A stretch of 64,000 nt of DNA from Acidobacteriota bacterium (GCA_965263035.1 OZ253580.1:544001-608000), one strand, 5' to 3'; positions 29,394-39,902 are shown, numbered from the stretch's first letter. Made by a program: numbers and translations. Notes: generated by a model not told the origin, from the sequence alone.

Positions 29394-30263
29394 ATGAGCA
29401 TCAGCAAGAGGGTCAGGTGGGTCGCACTGGCTGCGGTGGCGTTTCTCTGCGCCACGGTGGACGGATCGGCCAAGAAGATGGAGGCCGATGCGCTGGTCGC
29501 TCTCCATCTGAAGGCCATCGGCGAAAATCTGGTCCGGAAGAATCGGGTCGCTCAGGGTCTGGGCACCGTGGACATCCGGGTGGGAAACAATGCCAAGATG
29601 GTCGGTCCGGCCATGCTCTTGGCAGAGGGGAACAAACTCCGGACCCAAATCCAATTCGGCCACCCACAATACGCTGGGGAGACCCTCATCCGCAACGGGG
29701 AGAGGCTGGACATTGCCTACGTCAGTCCAGGCGTCCGCTCCCGGCTGGGGAGTACGCTTTGGGACTTCTTCCCCCGTCTGGCCCAAGAGGGACTCTACGG
29801 AGGGATCCTCTCCACTGACTGGGCGTTACTGGACCTGGGAAAGAGACGGGCCAGGGTCCGTTATCAGGGACTCAAGAAGTTCGAGGGTCGGAGACTTCAC
29901 AGGTTGGAGTACAGGCCGAAGAAGGGAGTCGACTACAGGATTCGAATCTACTTCGAACCTGAGACCTATCGTCATGTGGCGAGCAGGTACCGGTTGACTT
30001 TGCCGGCCGGCATGGGGCGGGGAATGGTAAACATTCGTGGAGGAGCGTTTGGAGCCGGGTCCGGGCCCGCAGACAAGATTCGAATCAGCTTGACGGAGAC
30101 CTTTTCGGACTTCAAGGAAGTCGATGGGCTGACCCTGCCGCATCACTACAGGATCGCCCTCAACACCGCTGCGACCGGCGGTTTCGTGGGACATTGGGAA
30201 ATCAAGATCGACCGCATGATGCACGATCAGAGGATCGCTGCCCGAGCCTTCGCGATCAAATAG
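29394..30263 (+). CDS. Secreted protein, possibly LolA-like fold, paralog 2
   Basis: Same scaffold as paralog 1 with a shorter Gly-rich loop; start refined to MSISKR at 29394. Confidence 0.8.
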   Translation: MSISKRVRWVALAAVAFLCATVDGSAKKMEADALVALHLKAIGENLVRKNRVAQGLGTVDIRVGNNAKMVGPAMLLAEGNKLRTQIQFGHPQYAGETLIRNGERLDIAYVSPGVRSRLGSTLWDFFPRLAQEGLYGGILSTDWALLDLGKRRARVRYQGLKKFEGRRLHRLEYRPKKGVDYRIRIYFEPETYRHVASRYRLTLPAGMGRGMVNIRGGAFGAGSGPADKIRISLTETFSDFKEVDGLTLPHHYRIALNTAATGGFVGHWEIKIDRMMHDQRIAARAFAIK

Positions 30264-30345
30264 ATATGAGGAATCGATTCGAGGGATGATTGCAGTTGCT
30301 GGAACCCTCGGACTGGGGTACGACCGAATAACGATGAGGTGAGTC

Positions 30346-31299
30346 ATGCCTAAGTGGGGATTCCGGATCGCTCTCTCCGCCCTGTTGTTGCCGATCTCGG
30401 CAGCGGATGCAACGGCCAAGAAATTGAAGAAAGAGGAGTTGATCGCCCTCCATCTGAAAGCCATCGGTGAGAACCTCGTTCGGAAGAATCGGGTCGCCCA
30501 GGGATCGGGTTCCATGGACATCCGGGTGGGCGGCCAGGGCAATCTGAACGGCCGGGCCATGCTCCTGACGGAGGGGGACAAGCTTCGGACTACGCTCACC
30601 TTCGGTCACGTCCAGTACCCCCGGGAAACCCTCATCCGAAACGGCGAACAACTGGATATCGCCTACATCACTCCAGGGGTCCGCTCCCAACTGGGGACGA
30701 CCATCTGGGAAAACTTTCCCCGGCTGGCCCAGGAGGGACTCTACGCAGGCGTCCTTACCACCGACTGGGCACTGCTCAACCTGAAGAAAAAGCGGGCCAA
30801 GATCCGCTACCGTGGACTCAAGAAATTCGAGGGCCGAAGGCTTCACGAAGTCGATTACAAGCCCAAGAAGAAGGTCTCCTACCGGGTCCGGCTCTACTTC
30901 GAGCCTGAGACCTACCGCCACGTGGCCAGCAAATATCGAATCGTCGTGCCCCGCGCCGCCATGCGAGGCCTGACCAACATTTCAAGCGGAGGAGGAGCCC
31001 CGGTGGGCGCCAGCGGGGGAATCACTCCCGGAAACCGCACCGTATCCAATGATCGAGGCAGCCTGTTGGGGCAGATCGGAGGGCCGGGAGCGGGGGATGA
31101 TCCCACAAACCGCAGCACCGTCGAACTGACGGAGAGGTTCTCGGACTTCAAGGAGGTCGACGGACTGACCCTGCCGCATCACTACAAGATCACTCTCAAC
31201 GTCGACGCCAACACCGGATTCGTGGGCCATTGGGAAATGAAGATCGACCTCATGTCGCACGATCGTCAGATCGCCCAAAAGGCCTTCGCCATCCCGTAG
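30346..31299 (+). CDS. Secreted protein, possibly LolA-like fold, paralog 3
   Basis: Same scaffold with the longest Gly-rich loop; GAGGTG RBS. Confidence 0.8.
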   Translation: MPKWGFRIALSALLLPISAADATAKKLKKEELIALHLKAIGENLVRKNRVAQGSGSMDIRVGGQGNLNGRAMLLTEGDKLRTTLTFGHVQYPRETLIRNGEQLDIAYITPGVRSQLGTTIWENFPRLAQEGLYAGVLTTDWALLNLKKKRAKIRYRGLKKFEGRRLHEVDYKPKKKVSYRVRLYFEPETYRHVASKYRIVVPRAAMRGLTNISSGGGAPVGASGGITPGNRTVSNDRGSLLGQIGGPGAGDDPTNRSTVELTERFSDFKEVDGLTLPHHYKITLNVDANTGFVGHWEMKIDLMSHDRQIAQKAFAIP

Positions 31300-31321
31300 A
31301 AGGGCGCCCGGAGGAGGAACG

Positions 31322-32413
31322 ATGCAAGGGATCGCCGCCGTTTCCCTGGGCCCCCGGAAAGAGATGGTGTTCCGGGAATTCCCCCTTCCCGACGTGGGTC
31401 CCGACGACATTCTGGTCCGCGTCCGCCGCTCCAACATCTGCGGTTCGGATCTACACATCTGGCACGGTCATGGTCCCGAGTTCACCCAGGGGGAGGGCTT
31501 CGTCCCCGGGCATGAAATGGTGGGAGAAGTCTTTCGCCTCGGTCGCCGGGTGAAGACCGACGTGCTGGGGCAACGCCTCGAGGAAGGCGACCGTATCGCC
31601 TATACCTATTTCGTCCCCTGCGGCAGTTGCGTTGCGTGCATGGACGGATCGCCCGCCTGTCCCAACCGGGGCGTCCACTGGTTCCAGGATGCCGGTAAAT
31701 CCCCTCATTTCAGGGGAGCCTACGGAGAGTATTACTACCTGCGCCGGGGACAAACGGTGTGCAAGATCCCTCCCGGATTGAGCGACTCCGAGGTCTCGCC
31801 GGTCAATTGCGCCCTCTGCCAGGTGCTCTACGGTCTGGATCAGATCGGGATCCGCCTGGGGGACACGATCGTCGTCCAGGGCGCGGGGGGTCTGGGACTG
31901 TACGCGTGCGCCCTCGCCAAGGAAATGGGCGCTGGTCAGGTCATCGTCTTCGACCGGCTGGAGAGCCGGCTGGAGCTGGCCCGCTCGTTCGGCGCCGACC
32001 TCACGGTCAACATCGATTCCGTGGACCGGAAGACCCGAAGAGAGATGATCATGGACCTGACTCGAGGCGATGGTGCGGACGTGGTGGCCGAATTCGTCGG
32101 CTCACCGCTGCCGGTGGAGGAGGGCGTTCACCTGCTCCGCCAGTTCGGGCGCTATCTCTGGGTGGGTAACATCGCGCCGGGGAGGACCGCCGCCTTGGAC
32201 CCGGCCATCAATGTGCGGTCCGGGCACACCCTCCGTGGGATCATCGCGTATGCCCCCTGGGCACTGCCCCGGGCCCTGGACTTTCTGGCCCGCCGGGGGC
32301 ACGCCTACCCTTTCGAGCAGATCATCTCCCACACTTTCCCCCTGACGGATCTCAACGAAGCCTTCGCCCTGGCCGACGAAGGCAAGGCCATCCGCGTCTC
32401 GCTGACCTCCTGA
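31322..32413 (+). CDS. Zn-dependent alcohol dehydrogenase (MDR family)
   Basis: ICGSD, GHEMVG, CGSCVAC..C structural Zn site, and GAGGLG. Confidence 0.92.
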   Translation: MQGIAAVSLGPRKEMVFREFPLPDVGPDDILVRVRRSNICGSDLHIWHGHGPEFTQGEGFVPGHEMVGEVFRLGRRVKTDVLGQRLEEGDRIAYTYFVPCGSCVACMDGSPACPNRGVHWFQDAGKSPHFRGAYGEYYYLRRGQTVCKIPPGLSDSEVSPVNCALCQVLYGLDQIGIRLGDTIVVQGAGGLGLYACALAKEMGAGQVIVFDRLESRLELARSFGADLTVNIDSVDRKTRREMIMDLTRGDGADVVAEFVGSPLPVEEGVHLLRQFGRYLWVGNIAPGRTAALDPAINVRSGHTLRGIIAYAPWALPRALDFLARRGHAYPFEQIISHTFPLTDLNEAFALADEGKAIRVSLTS

Positions 32414-32446
32414 TCCGATAGTGGGGAAACTAACGTAGGCCGGGCC

Positions 32447-34141
32447 TCAGACTTCGTTCCTGCGGAACCGTTCCAACAGATGATCGCAGGCCCGGACCGT
32501 GAGGGCCATCATGGTCAGGGTGGGATTCTGGCAACCGGCGCTCACGAAACAGGATCCATCGGTGACCAGCAGGTTGTCGACGTCGTGGCACTGATTGTAG
32601 GGGTTCAGCACCGACTTGGCCGGTTCGTTCCCCATTCGGGCCGTTCCCACTTCGTGAATCGCCATGCCCGGAGTCGCCGTCTGGGCATTGACCTTGATGT
32701 TCCGGGCCCCAACCGACTCCAAGAGTTCAGCGGCCGAAGCGGCCGCGTCCTCCATCATGGCCGCCTCGTTGGGCCCATGGGTCATCTGGATCTTGAGGGC
32801 AGGGATCCCCCAGGCATCCTTTTTCTCCGGGTCGATCTCACAGTAGTTGTCCAGCCGGGCCAGGGATTCTCCGAATCCGCTCAGACGGATCATGTAGAAG
32901 CCTTCCTTGACCGCCGCCTTGTAGGACGCTCCGAACCCTTCGGCATCGAACCGGAAACTCGGTGAGCTGCCCCCCTGGAAGCCATAGCCTCGAATGAACC
33001 GGGGGTGCCTCTTCTCGCCCGCCAGATTCCGAAACCGGATCATATAGATCCCATTGGGGCGCCGCGGGTCCGAAGCCCGCATCCGGACCGAGAATTGAGG
33101 CAGCTCGCCCGCCGCGCCGGCGCCCACCACGTGGTCCATGAGGTATTTCCCCAGGAGTCCGCTGGCATTGCCGAGACCGTCGGGGTGCTCCCGAGTTGCC
33201 GAGTTGAAGAGGATCCGGGTCGATTCCAGGGCCTGGGCACACAGAATCACCGCCCGGCTCCGCACCTGGTAGGTCCGGCGGTGGTGCCGGTGGACGTAGG
33301 TGACTCCACGGGCGCGGTTGCGAGACGGGTCCATGTCCACCTGGCTGACGATGGCGTCGGTGAGGAGCGTGCAGTTGCCGCTCCTCAGGGCGTCGGCCAC
33401 GGTGGTGGCCGGGCTGTTGAAGTAGGAAGCGGTCACACAGCCCCGTTCGCAGGGACCGCAATAGTGGCAGGCCGCGCGCCCGTTGAGCGGCCGGGTCAGT
33501 ACGGCGGTCCGTCCAATGGTCAGGGTGCGGCCGAATTTTTCCCGCGCCCGGCTCCGGAGCAGCCGTTCTCCGCAGGTCATGGACATGGGAGGCAGAAACT
33601 GCCCGTCAGGCAACTGCGGCCGGCCCTCGGCCTGTCCGCTGATGCCGACGTATTTCTCGACCCGGTCGTAGTAGGGCGCCAGATCCCGGTACGATACGGG
33701 CCAATCATCGCCGTAACCGTCGTGGCTGGCCGCCTTCAGATCCAGGTCGCTGAGACGATAGCTCTGGCGCCCCCAGACCATGCTTCTGCCCCCGACGATT
33801 CGAAGCCGCTGCCAACTGAAGGGCTTGTCCTTCGGAGTGGTGTACGGATTCTCCAGATCGTTGACGAACCAGTCGTAGTTGTACTCGGTGCAAGCGTAGC
33901 AGGCTTTCTGGATGGGACGCGTCCGAACCAGTTCCGGCGAGTGGGTCCGGTATTCCAGCTTGTAGGCGGGCATGTGTTCGGTGAATTCCCGGGGAGAAAC
34001 CTTGCGGCCGGCCTCCAGCAGGACCACCTTCAGGCCGGCCTCCGAGAGGACCTTGGCCGCCCAGCCTCCGGTGGCGCCGGACCCGACCACCGCCACGTCA
34101 TAGAGCACGCTGTGGGGAGCTTGGACCAGGGCGGAACTCAC
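32447..34141 (-). CDS. GMC family flavin oxidoreductase (glucoside 3-dehydrogenase-like)
   Basis: VVGSGATGG, VGGRSMVWGR, CHYCGPCERGC, HEVGTARMG and NPTLTMMAL motifs; GTG start at 34141 overlaps the upstream stop. Confidence 0.9.
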   Translation of the reverse strand: MSSALVQAPHSVLYDVAVVGSGATGGWAAKVLSEAGLKVVLLEAGRKVSPREFTEHMPAYKLEYRTHSPELVRTRPIQKACYACTEYNYDWFVNDLENPYTTPKDKPFSWQRLRIVGGRSMVWGRQSYRLSDLDLKAASHDGYGDDWPVSYRDLAPYYDRVEKYVGISGQAEGRPQLPDGQFLPPMSMTCGERLLRSRAREKFGRTLTIGRTAVLTRPLNGRAACHYCGPCERGCVTASYFNSPATTVADALRSGNCTLLTDAIVSQVDMDPSRNRARGVTYVHRHHRRTYQVRSRAVILCAQALESTRILFNSATREHPDGLGNASGLLGKYLMDHVVGAGAAGELPQFSVRMRASDPRRPNGIYMIRFRNLAGEKRHPRFIRGYGFQGGSSPSFRFDAEGFGASYKAAVKEGFYMIRLSGFGESLARLDNYCEIDPEKKDAWGIPALKIQMTHGPNEAAMMEDAAASAAELLESVGARNIKVNAQTATPGMAIHEVGTARMGNEPAKSVLNPYNQCHDVDNLLVTDGSCFVSAGCQNPTLTMMALTVRACDHLLERFRRNEV

Positions 34142-34731
34142 TTGTGGAAACCCTCGGGATGCGGGCATCCCGGAAAGGAACCGGACATGGCGTCCTCGCT
34201 CCATCCCAGTTCTTTCAGGCCCGCCTCCGAACTGTAATAGGCACGACTGATCCAATCTTTCAGTTGCAAGAAGTGGGAGTGACCTGAGAAGTCGGACCGG
34301 TTGCCGCGCCAATTCACCAGCTTGTGGGGATAGGCGACGAAATTGAGAAACTCCAATTGGCTCTCGGAGGGCAGGTGGATGAAGGCCGCGCCGTAGCGTC
34401 CCAGGCATTCCCCGTCGAACCAGGCCAGGCTGTCCAGGAACCGGCTCTGCGCTTCGCGAGTCTCACTGGCCAGAAGCCGGTCGATGAAGCGGTTGACGAG
34501 TGCGGCCTTGGCCCCCGGGGTGTCGGTCTCGGGGATGATGAGGTCGCTCAGTCGGATCAGGGTGTCGTTCTGGTGGGCGTCCAGGAAGACAGGTGTCCAG
34601 TTGGGAGAGGCCAACTCGGCCGAGGCGTCGTGGCCGGGAGGAAACTCCCGGGCCCGAACCGGCTCCGCTCCGGCCAGGGCCGCCGTCAGCGACGCCCCGA
34701 GAGATCGTCCAAAGAAATCGCGGCGCTTCAT
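34138..34731 (-). CDS. Gluconate 2-dehydrogenase subunit 3 family protein (Tat)
   Basis: MKRRDFF Tat motif, IIPETDTPGA and YYSSEAG; coupled to the GMC gene. Confidence 0.88.
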   Translation of the reverse strand: MKRRDFFGRSLGASLTAALAGAEPVRAREFPPGHDASAELASPNWTPVFLDAHQNDTLIRLSDLIIPETDTPGAKAALVNRFIDRLLASETREAQSRFLDSLAWFDGECLGRYGAAFIHLPSESQLEFLNFVAYPHKLVNWRGNRSDFSGHSHFLQLKDWISRAYYSSEAGLKELGWSEDAMSGSFPGCPHPEGFHK

Positions 34732-34812
34732 GATCCCGGCTCCTGACTTCGAGAATATCCCGAGAGAGACAATATAATCTACGCGACCCAGTCTACTACC
34801 AAGGAGGAACCC

Positions 34813-35286
34813 ATGCGAAGAACAAGTCTACTGCTGGCATTGGCCGCCTTCGGTTGCGCTCCTGCCGTCGATCCGGCAACCCCTGAAAGCGTTTCCCAAC
34901 AGCAAGTCGAGGAGGGAGTGATGAGCCCTTCCGGTGTGCAGAGTCTCGAAGCGATCTCCAAGCTGGAGTTCTCGTGGGGATGGATCCGCTGGATGATGAA
35001 CTCCCAGATCGACCCCAATGCCGAGCAGACCTTCGGAATCGTCGAGCTGAATCCGGGCCAGCAGAACCCTCTCCACTCGCATCCCAACTGTGAGGAGCTG
35101 TTGTATGTGGTCTCGGGATCGTGCCGGAAGACAGTGGGAGACAAGACCCATCTCATGCAGCCGGGCGACCTGGTCCGCATTCCCACCGGTGTTCCCCACC
35201 GGGCGGTCACGGTCGGAGAGGAGCCCATGCTGGCGGTGATCGTCTACAGCTCGGCCGACCGGCAGATGGTGATCCACGAAGAGTAG
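34813..35286 (+). CDS. Cupin domain lipoprotein
   Basis: Lipobox-like AAFGC; HSHPNCEELLYV and GDLVRIPTGVPH motifs. Confidence 0.85.
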   Translation: MRRTSLLLALAAFGCAPAVDPATPESVSQQQVEEGVMSPSGVQSLEAISKLEFSWGWIRWMMNSQIDPNAEQTFGIVELNPGQQNPLHSHPNCEELLYVVSGSCRKTVGDKTHLMQPGDLVRIPTGVPHRAVTVGEEPMLAVIVYSSADRQMVIHEE

Positions 35287-35345
35287 TTTCTCTTCCCTGC
35301 CCGGCTCTTGTGGATCTACAGGTGCGCTATTACGATGGCGATGAC

Positions 35346-36707
35346 ATGGTGGCGACTGTCGAACACCGAGAGGGGGCCTGGAACCGGCGGCGCTGGATGG
35401 CCGCCGCTGTAGGCGTGACGGGACTGGCCAGTGTCGAGGACATGGCCCTGGCCTTTTCGCCGGCGGCCTACGGTGTGGCACGAAGCGGGCGGCCCCGGGC
35501 CCAGGGTCCCCGGAGCCGGATGAAGATCGGCTCCTTCGAAACCACGCTGGTGGCGTCGCCCGACTACGCTCTGCTGAATTCCTGGAACGTCCACGACACC
35601 CACTTCCAGCGCGCGATCCTGGAATTGGAGACCACGGACGGCTACACGGGAGTGGCCGAAGTCGGGGGAGCGGTGCTCCAAGCCCTCCAAGCGGCGCGTG
35701 AGACCGTACTGGGACGAGACCCCCTCGAGATCGAATATTTCCGCCGACACCTCTCCCATCGCTCCGAATTCGCCCCAAGGCACAATTCCGAATCCCTGGC
35801 CGCGGTGGAAATCGCGTGCCTGGACTTGATCGGAAAGGTGATCGACCGGCCGGTCGTCGATCTGATCGGCGGCCCCTTCCGCAATGAGGCTCCCTTTTCG
35901 GCCTACAACTTTTTTGTTCTCCCGGAGGAGGGCGGACCGGACATCACGACTCCCGAGGCCATGGCCCGGGAATTCCTGGACTTCCACCGGGACCACGGGT
36001 TCACGACCTGCAAGTTCAAAGGGGGCGTTCTTAAGCCCGAGCTGGAGATCGAGGCCTTGACCCGGATCCGGGAGGCCATGCCCCAGGCCAAGCTTCGCAT
36101 CGACCCGAACGCCTCGTGGAGCGTGGAAACCTCGATCCGGGTCGCCCGCCGGCTGGAGCCGCTGGGGATGGAGTACCTGGAGGATCCCACGCCGGGACAG
36201 GAAGGCATGGCCGAGGTGCGCAAACACACGTCCATTCCCCTGGCCACCAACATGTGCGTCACCCGCATGGAGCACATCCGCCCCGGGTACGACCGGGGCG
36301 CCATCGACATCGTGTTGCTGGATCCCCACTATATGGGCGGGCTCAACAACGTCCGGCACTGGGCGGCCACGTGTGAGGCTCTGGGATGGGGCTGCTCCGG
36401 CCACAGCAACAACTACCTCGGTATCTCCATGGCCACCCAGATCCACATGGCCTGCGCCATCTCCCATATCGCCTACGCCGTGGATTCGCACTATCCATGG
36501 ACCACTCAAGACATTGTCCGGGGCGGGATGCTCCGGTTCCGGGACGGCAAGATGGCGCTCCCCCCAGGTCCCGGCCTCGGTGTCGAGATCGACCCGGACA
36601 AAAAGGCCATGCTGGCCGAGAACGTGGCCCGCACCCAGCCCCGGCACGATCTGCTCCATAATTGGGACCCCGGATACCCCAAGGACCGCCATGGCGTCCG
36701 CTGGTAG
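35346..36707 (+). CDS. Enolase superfamily dehydratase (glucarate dehydratase-like)
   Basis: CKFKGGV, RIDPNASWS, YLEDP, PLATNM and GHSNN motifs; RRR-containing signal-like N-terminus; start uncertain. Confidence 0.85.
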   Translation: MVATVEHREGAWNRRRWMAAAVGVTGLASVEDMALAFSPAAYGVARSGRPRAQGPRSRMKIGSFETTLVASPDYALLNSWNVHDTHFQRAILELETTDGYTGVAEVGGAVLQALQAARETVLGRDPLEIEYFRRHLSHRSEFAPRHNSESLAAVEIACLDLIGKVIDRPVVDLIGGPFRNEAPFSAYNFFVLPEEGGPDITTPEAMAREFLDFHRDHGFTTCKFKGGVLKPELEIEALTRIREAMPQAKLRIDPNASWSVETSIRVARRLEPLGMEYLEDPTPGQEGMAEVRKHTSIPLATNMCVTRMEHIRPGYDRGAIDIVLLDPHYMGGLNNVRHWAATCEALGWGCSGHSNNYLGISMATQIHMACAISHIAYAVDSHYPWTTQDIVRGGMLRFRDGKMALPPGPGLGVEIDPDKKAMLAENVARTQPRHDLLHNWDPGYPKDRHGVRW

Positions 36708-36729
36708 ACCGGAACTCAGGTAACTCCGC

Positions 36730-39700
36730 ATGAAACGCTCCCTGTTCCTGTTTCTAGGCCTGCTCCTGTTGAAGACCGGATGCGGGCCGGACCCTGCCTC
36801 GACCCCTCCCTCCCCGGAGGAAATGCTGGAGACCTTTCGCATCAGCGACGAGTTCCGGGTTGAAATCTTTGCCGCCGAGCCGGACGTGACCGATCCGGTT
36901 GAGCTGGCGTTCGACGAACAGGGGCGGGCCTGGGTCGCCGAAATGCGGGACTATCCCTACCAGCCGCCTGAGGGGGAAACGGCCCTGAGCCGGGTCCGCG
37001 TCATGGAAGACCGGGACGGCGACGGCCGGGTGGACCACTCCACCATCTTCGCCGAAGGACTGCCCAACGTGAAGAGTGTCCTCCCGTGGAAGGACGGCGT
37101 GCTGGTGAGCTCGGCGCCGCACATTCTTTATCTGAGGGACACCGACGGAGACATGAGGGCGGACGAGACGACACCCCTTTTCAGCGGATTCACGATCCTG
37201 GTGGACCCGGAAGGCCAGCTCAGCAACCTGCGCTTCGGGATCGACAACTGGATCTACGCCGGCAACGACAGTCAAGCCGGACAGATCACCTTCTCCCGCC
37301 GGCCCGACGCCGAACCGGCTTCGATCTTGAACGCCGACTTCAGGTTTCGTCTGGACCGGAATCTATTCGAGACGGCTTCGGGAGCGACGCGATTCGGAAT
37401 GAGCTTCGACAACTGGGGACGTCGCTTCTTCTCCCAGGCGGGGAGACACGTTCAGCACGTGGTGGCGGCCCGTCGCTATCTCCAGCGCAACCTCTTTCTG
37501 CTGGCGCCTCCCGTCACCCGCTTCATCTCCGATCACGATCAGCGCATATTCCAGCTCACTCCCCCCGAGGCTTGGCGCGAGGCCCGCACCCGGATGCGCC
37601 AGCGGCGCTCCCGGGAACTGGGGAGAGAACGGGAACTGGCCGCCACCGGCTTCTTCACCGGAGCGACCGGAAACACCATTTACAACGGAGATACGTTTCC
37701 CACGAGCTACTGGGGCAACGCGTTCGCCGGCGACGTGGCCGGCAACATCGTTCACCGCGACGTTCTCACCCCCAGCGGCGTCAGTTTCGTCGCCAACCGG
37801 GCTGAGGAGGAAGAGAACCGTGAGTTCATGGCTTCCACGTCACGCTGGTTCCGGCCGGCCAACTTCACCGTAGGTCCCGACGGGAACCTATACGTTATCG
37901 ACATTTGCCGCCAGTATGTGGAGACTCCGGCCTCCATCCCCGAGCCCATCAAGGAGGGCCTCGACTTCTACGCCGGGACCGATCACGGCCGCATCTACCG
38001 GATCGTGCCTCGGAATTCCGCCTCCAGCCCGCACCTTCGCCCCGAACTCCACAAAGCCGCCACACCGGAGCTGGTCGGGCATCTCGCCTCTCCGAACCAA
38101 TGGTGGCGTCTCACCGCCCAGCGGCTTCTTCTCCAGCGGCAAGACCGGTCCGCTCTTCCCGCGTTGAGAGAGATGGCGGGCAAACGGAAGAATCCCCAAG
38201 CCCGGCTCCACGCCCTCTATGCTCTGGAAGGTCTGTCCGCCCTGGAGGAATCCATCGTCGGAGAAGCTCTGGGAGACGAACATCCCGGTGTTCGGGAATC
38301 GGCCGTCCTCCTCGCCGAGAATTTCCCCGGCCTCCTGCCCAGGCTGGTGAAGATGACGGGGGACCCTTCTCCCCGCGTCGCCTTCCAGCTCTCCCTGAGC
38401 CTGGGTGAATTTTCCGGTCCCCGTGTGCTTGACGCCTTCCGAAACTTGCTGGCCCGTCACGGAGAGGACCCGTGGCAACGAGCCGCCATCCTCAGTTCCG
38501 ACGCGGGCTCCTCGCTGCAGCTGCTGGAATCGATGGTGGCGGAACGCGGCTATTTCAAGGATCCGACTCCGAACAAAACCGGCTTCCTGGAGGATCTGGC
38601 CGCCGTCGTGGGTGCTCGCAACCGGGGTCAGGAAGTCCAGCGCCTGGTTCGCTTGCTGGCCCGGTCGCGGCCTCTGCGAGAGAAAAGCTGGCAGACGGCG
38701 GGCCTGTCGGGGCTGGCCCGCGGTCTGGAGCTGGGACAGGTGCTTCACCTGAAGCCGGCAGGCGCGACCGGGTCACTGCGAAACCTGTTGGCAAACCGTT
38801 CACAGGAGGTGCGCGGCGCCGCGGCCAGAGTCGGCAAACACTTCCAAGTTCCGTCGCTGGTGGCGGCCGCCAGGAAGGCCGTCTTGGATGAGACCCTTTC
38901 GGCAACCCGGAGATCCAGCTCCATCCGAATGCTCGCCTCCGCCCCTTACCGGGAGGTCGAACCGATCTTGGCGCGTTTTCTGACTGCCTCGGATCCGGAG
39001 TTGACGCGGGCCACCCTGGAAACCCTCTCCTATTTCGAAGACCCGGGTGTCAGCCGCCTGGTCCTCGAAGGGTGGAGCACGTTCTCCCCGGATGTCCGTG
39101 CGGCCGCTCTGGCGATCCTCCTTGACCACCCCGAGCGGGTGCGGGCTCTCTTGAACGCCGTCGAAAGCGGCGCTGTCGAACGGGCCGCGCTGGACCATCA
39201 GCAGAAGCAGTTCCTGAGAAACCACCCACGGGAGCAGATCCGACAACAGACCGCAGAGGTCTTGGAGGCGGATACCACGGACCGGGAGGCACTGGTCGAA
39301 GAATACCTGCCGATTCTGGAGCTGGAGGCCGACCCGATCAACGGCCGGGAGGTCTTTCGCCAGGAATGCGCTCGCTGCCATGAGCCGGATCAGGGGGTTG
39401 GCGTCGGCCCCGGGCTACGGACAGCGGTCCAGGGCCATACGCGCGAACAGCTCCTCTTCGACATCCTGAATCCCAGCGGACTCATCCTGTCCCGCTACCA
39501 GAACTACATCGTCACCACCCGTGACGGCAGAGTCTATGGAGGAATCATCGCCGCCGAGACTCCCGGCACCCTCACGTTCAGGAGCGGGCCGAATCAGGAG
39601 GAAACCATTCTCCGGGGCCGAATCGCCGAGATCCGGGCTTCGGAGGTGTCGGTCATGCCCGAAGGTTTCGAGGAGAATCTGACTCGCCAGGAACTGGCCG

Positions 39701-39768
39701 ACGTCATTTCGTTTATGCAGGCGGGATACTTGATCCCCGAGGAGCTGGCCGCGCCGAGGAACGACTGA
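36730..39768 (+). CDS. PVC-type membrane-bound dehydrogenase / heme-binding CxxCH protein
   Basis: Propeller repeats (EDRDGDGRVD, FRPANFTVGPDGNLY), HEAT-like repeats, CARCH heme site, C-terminal SVMPEGFE. Confidence 0.88.
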   Translation: MKRSLFLFLGLLLLKTGCGPDPASTPPSPEEMLETFRISDEFRVEIFAAEPDVTDPVELAFDEQGRAWVAEMRDYPYQPPEGETALSRVRVMEDRDGDGRVDHSTIFAEGLPNVKSVLPWKDGVLVSSAPHILYLRDTDGDMRADETTPLFSGFTILVDPEGQLSNLRFGIDNWIYAGNDSQAGQITFSRRPDAEPASILNADFRFRLDRNLFETASGATRFGMSFDNWGRRFFSQAGRHVQHVVAARRYLQRNLFLLAPPVTRFISDHDQRIFQLTPPEAWREARTRMRQRRSRELGRERELAATGFFTGATGNTIYNGDTFPTSYWGNAFAGDVAGNIVHRDVLTPSGVSFVANRAEEEENREFMASTSRWFRPANFTVGPDGNLYVIDICRQYVETPASIPEPIKEGLDFYAGTDHGRIYRIVPRNSASSPHLRPELHKAATPELVGHLASPNQWWRLTAQRLLLQRQDRSALPALREMAGKRKNPQARLHALYALEGLSALEESIVGEALGDEHPGVRESAVLLAENFPGLLPRLVKMTGDPSPRVAFQLSLSLGEFSGPRVLDAFRNLLARHGEDPWQRAAILSSDAGSSLQLLESMVAERGYFKDPTPNKTGFLEDLAAVVGARNRGQEVQRLVRLLARSRPLREKSWQTAGLSGLARGLELGQVLHLKPAGATGSLRNLLANRSQEVRGAAARVGKHFQVPSLVAAARKAVLDETLSATRRSSSIRMLASAPYREVEPILARFLTASDPELTRATLETLSYFEDPGVSRLVLEGWSTFSPDVRAAALAILLDHPERVRALLNAVESGAVERAALDHQQKQFLRNHPREQIRQQTAEVLEADTTDREALVEEYLPILELEADPINGREVFRQECARCHEPDQGVGVGPGLRTAVQGHTREQLLFDILNPSGLILSRYQNYIVTTRDGRVYGGIIAAETPGTLTFRSGPNQEETILRGRIAEIRASEVSVMPEGFEENLTRQELADVISFMQAGYLIPEELAAPRND

Positions 39769-39902
39769 ACCTGATCCCCCATGTCACAGGTCTCCGACAC
39801 ACTCGGATTCTCAAATGACGTTTAACGAACTCTTTATTCCCCCTTTAAAATGTGCATGTAGACTTCCATTGGCACTGGATCACCTGAGATGGAAGCACCC
39901 CC

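Noticed and set aside
39821-39850. Pho-box-like 11-bp repeats upstream of the phoB-like gene
   Set aside because: The TT(A/T)A repeats are too degenerate to separate from AT-rich promoter sequence
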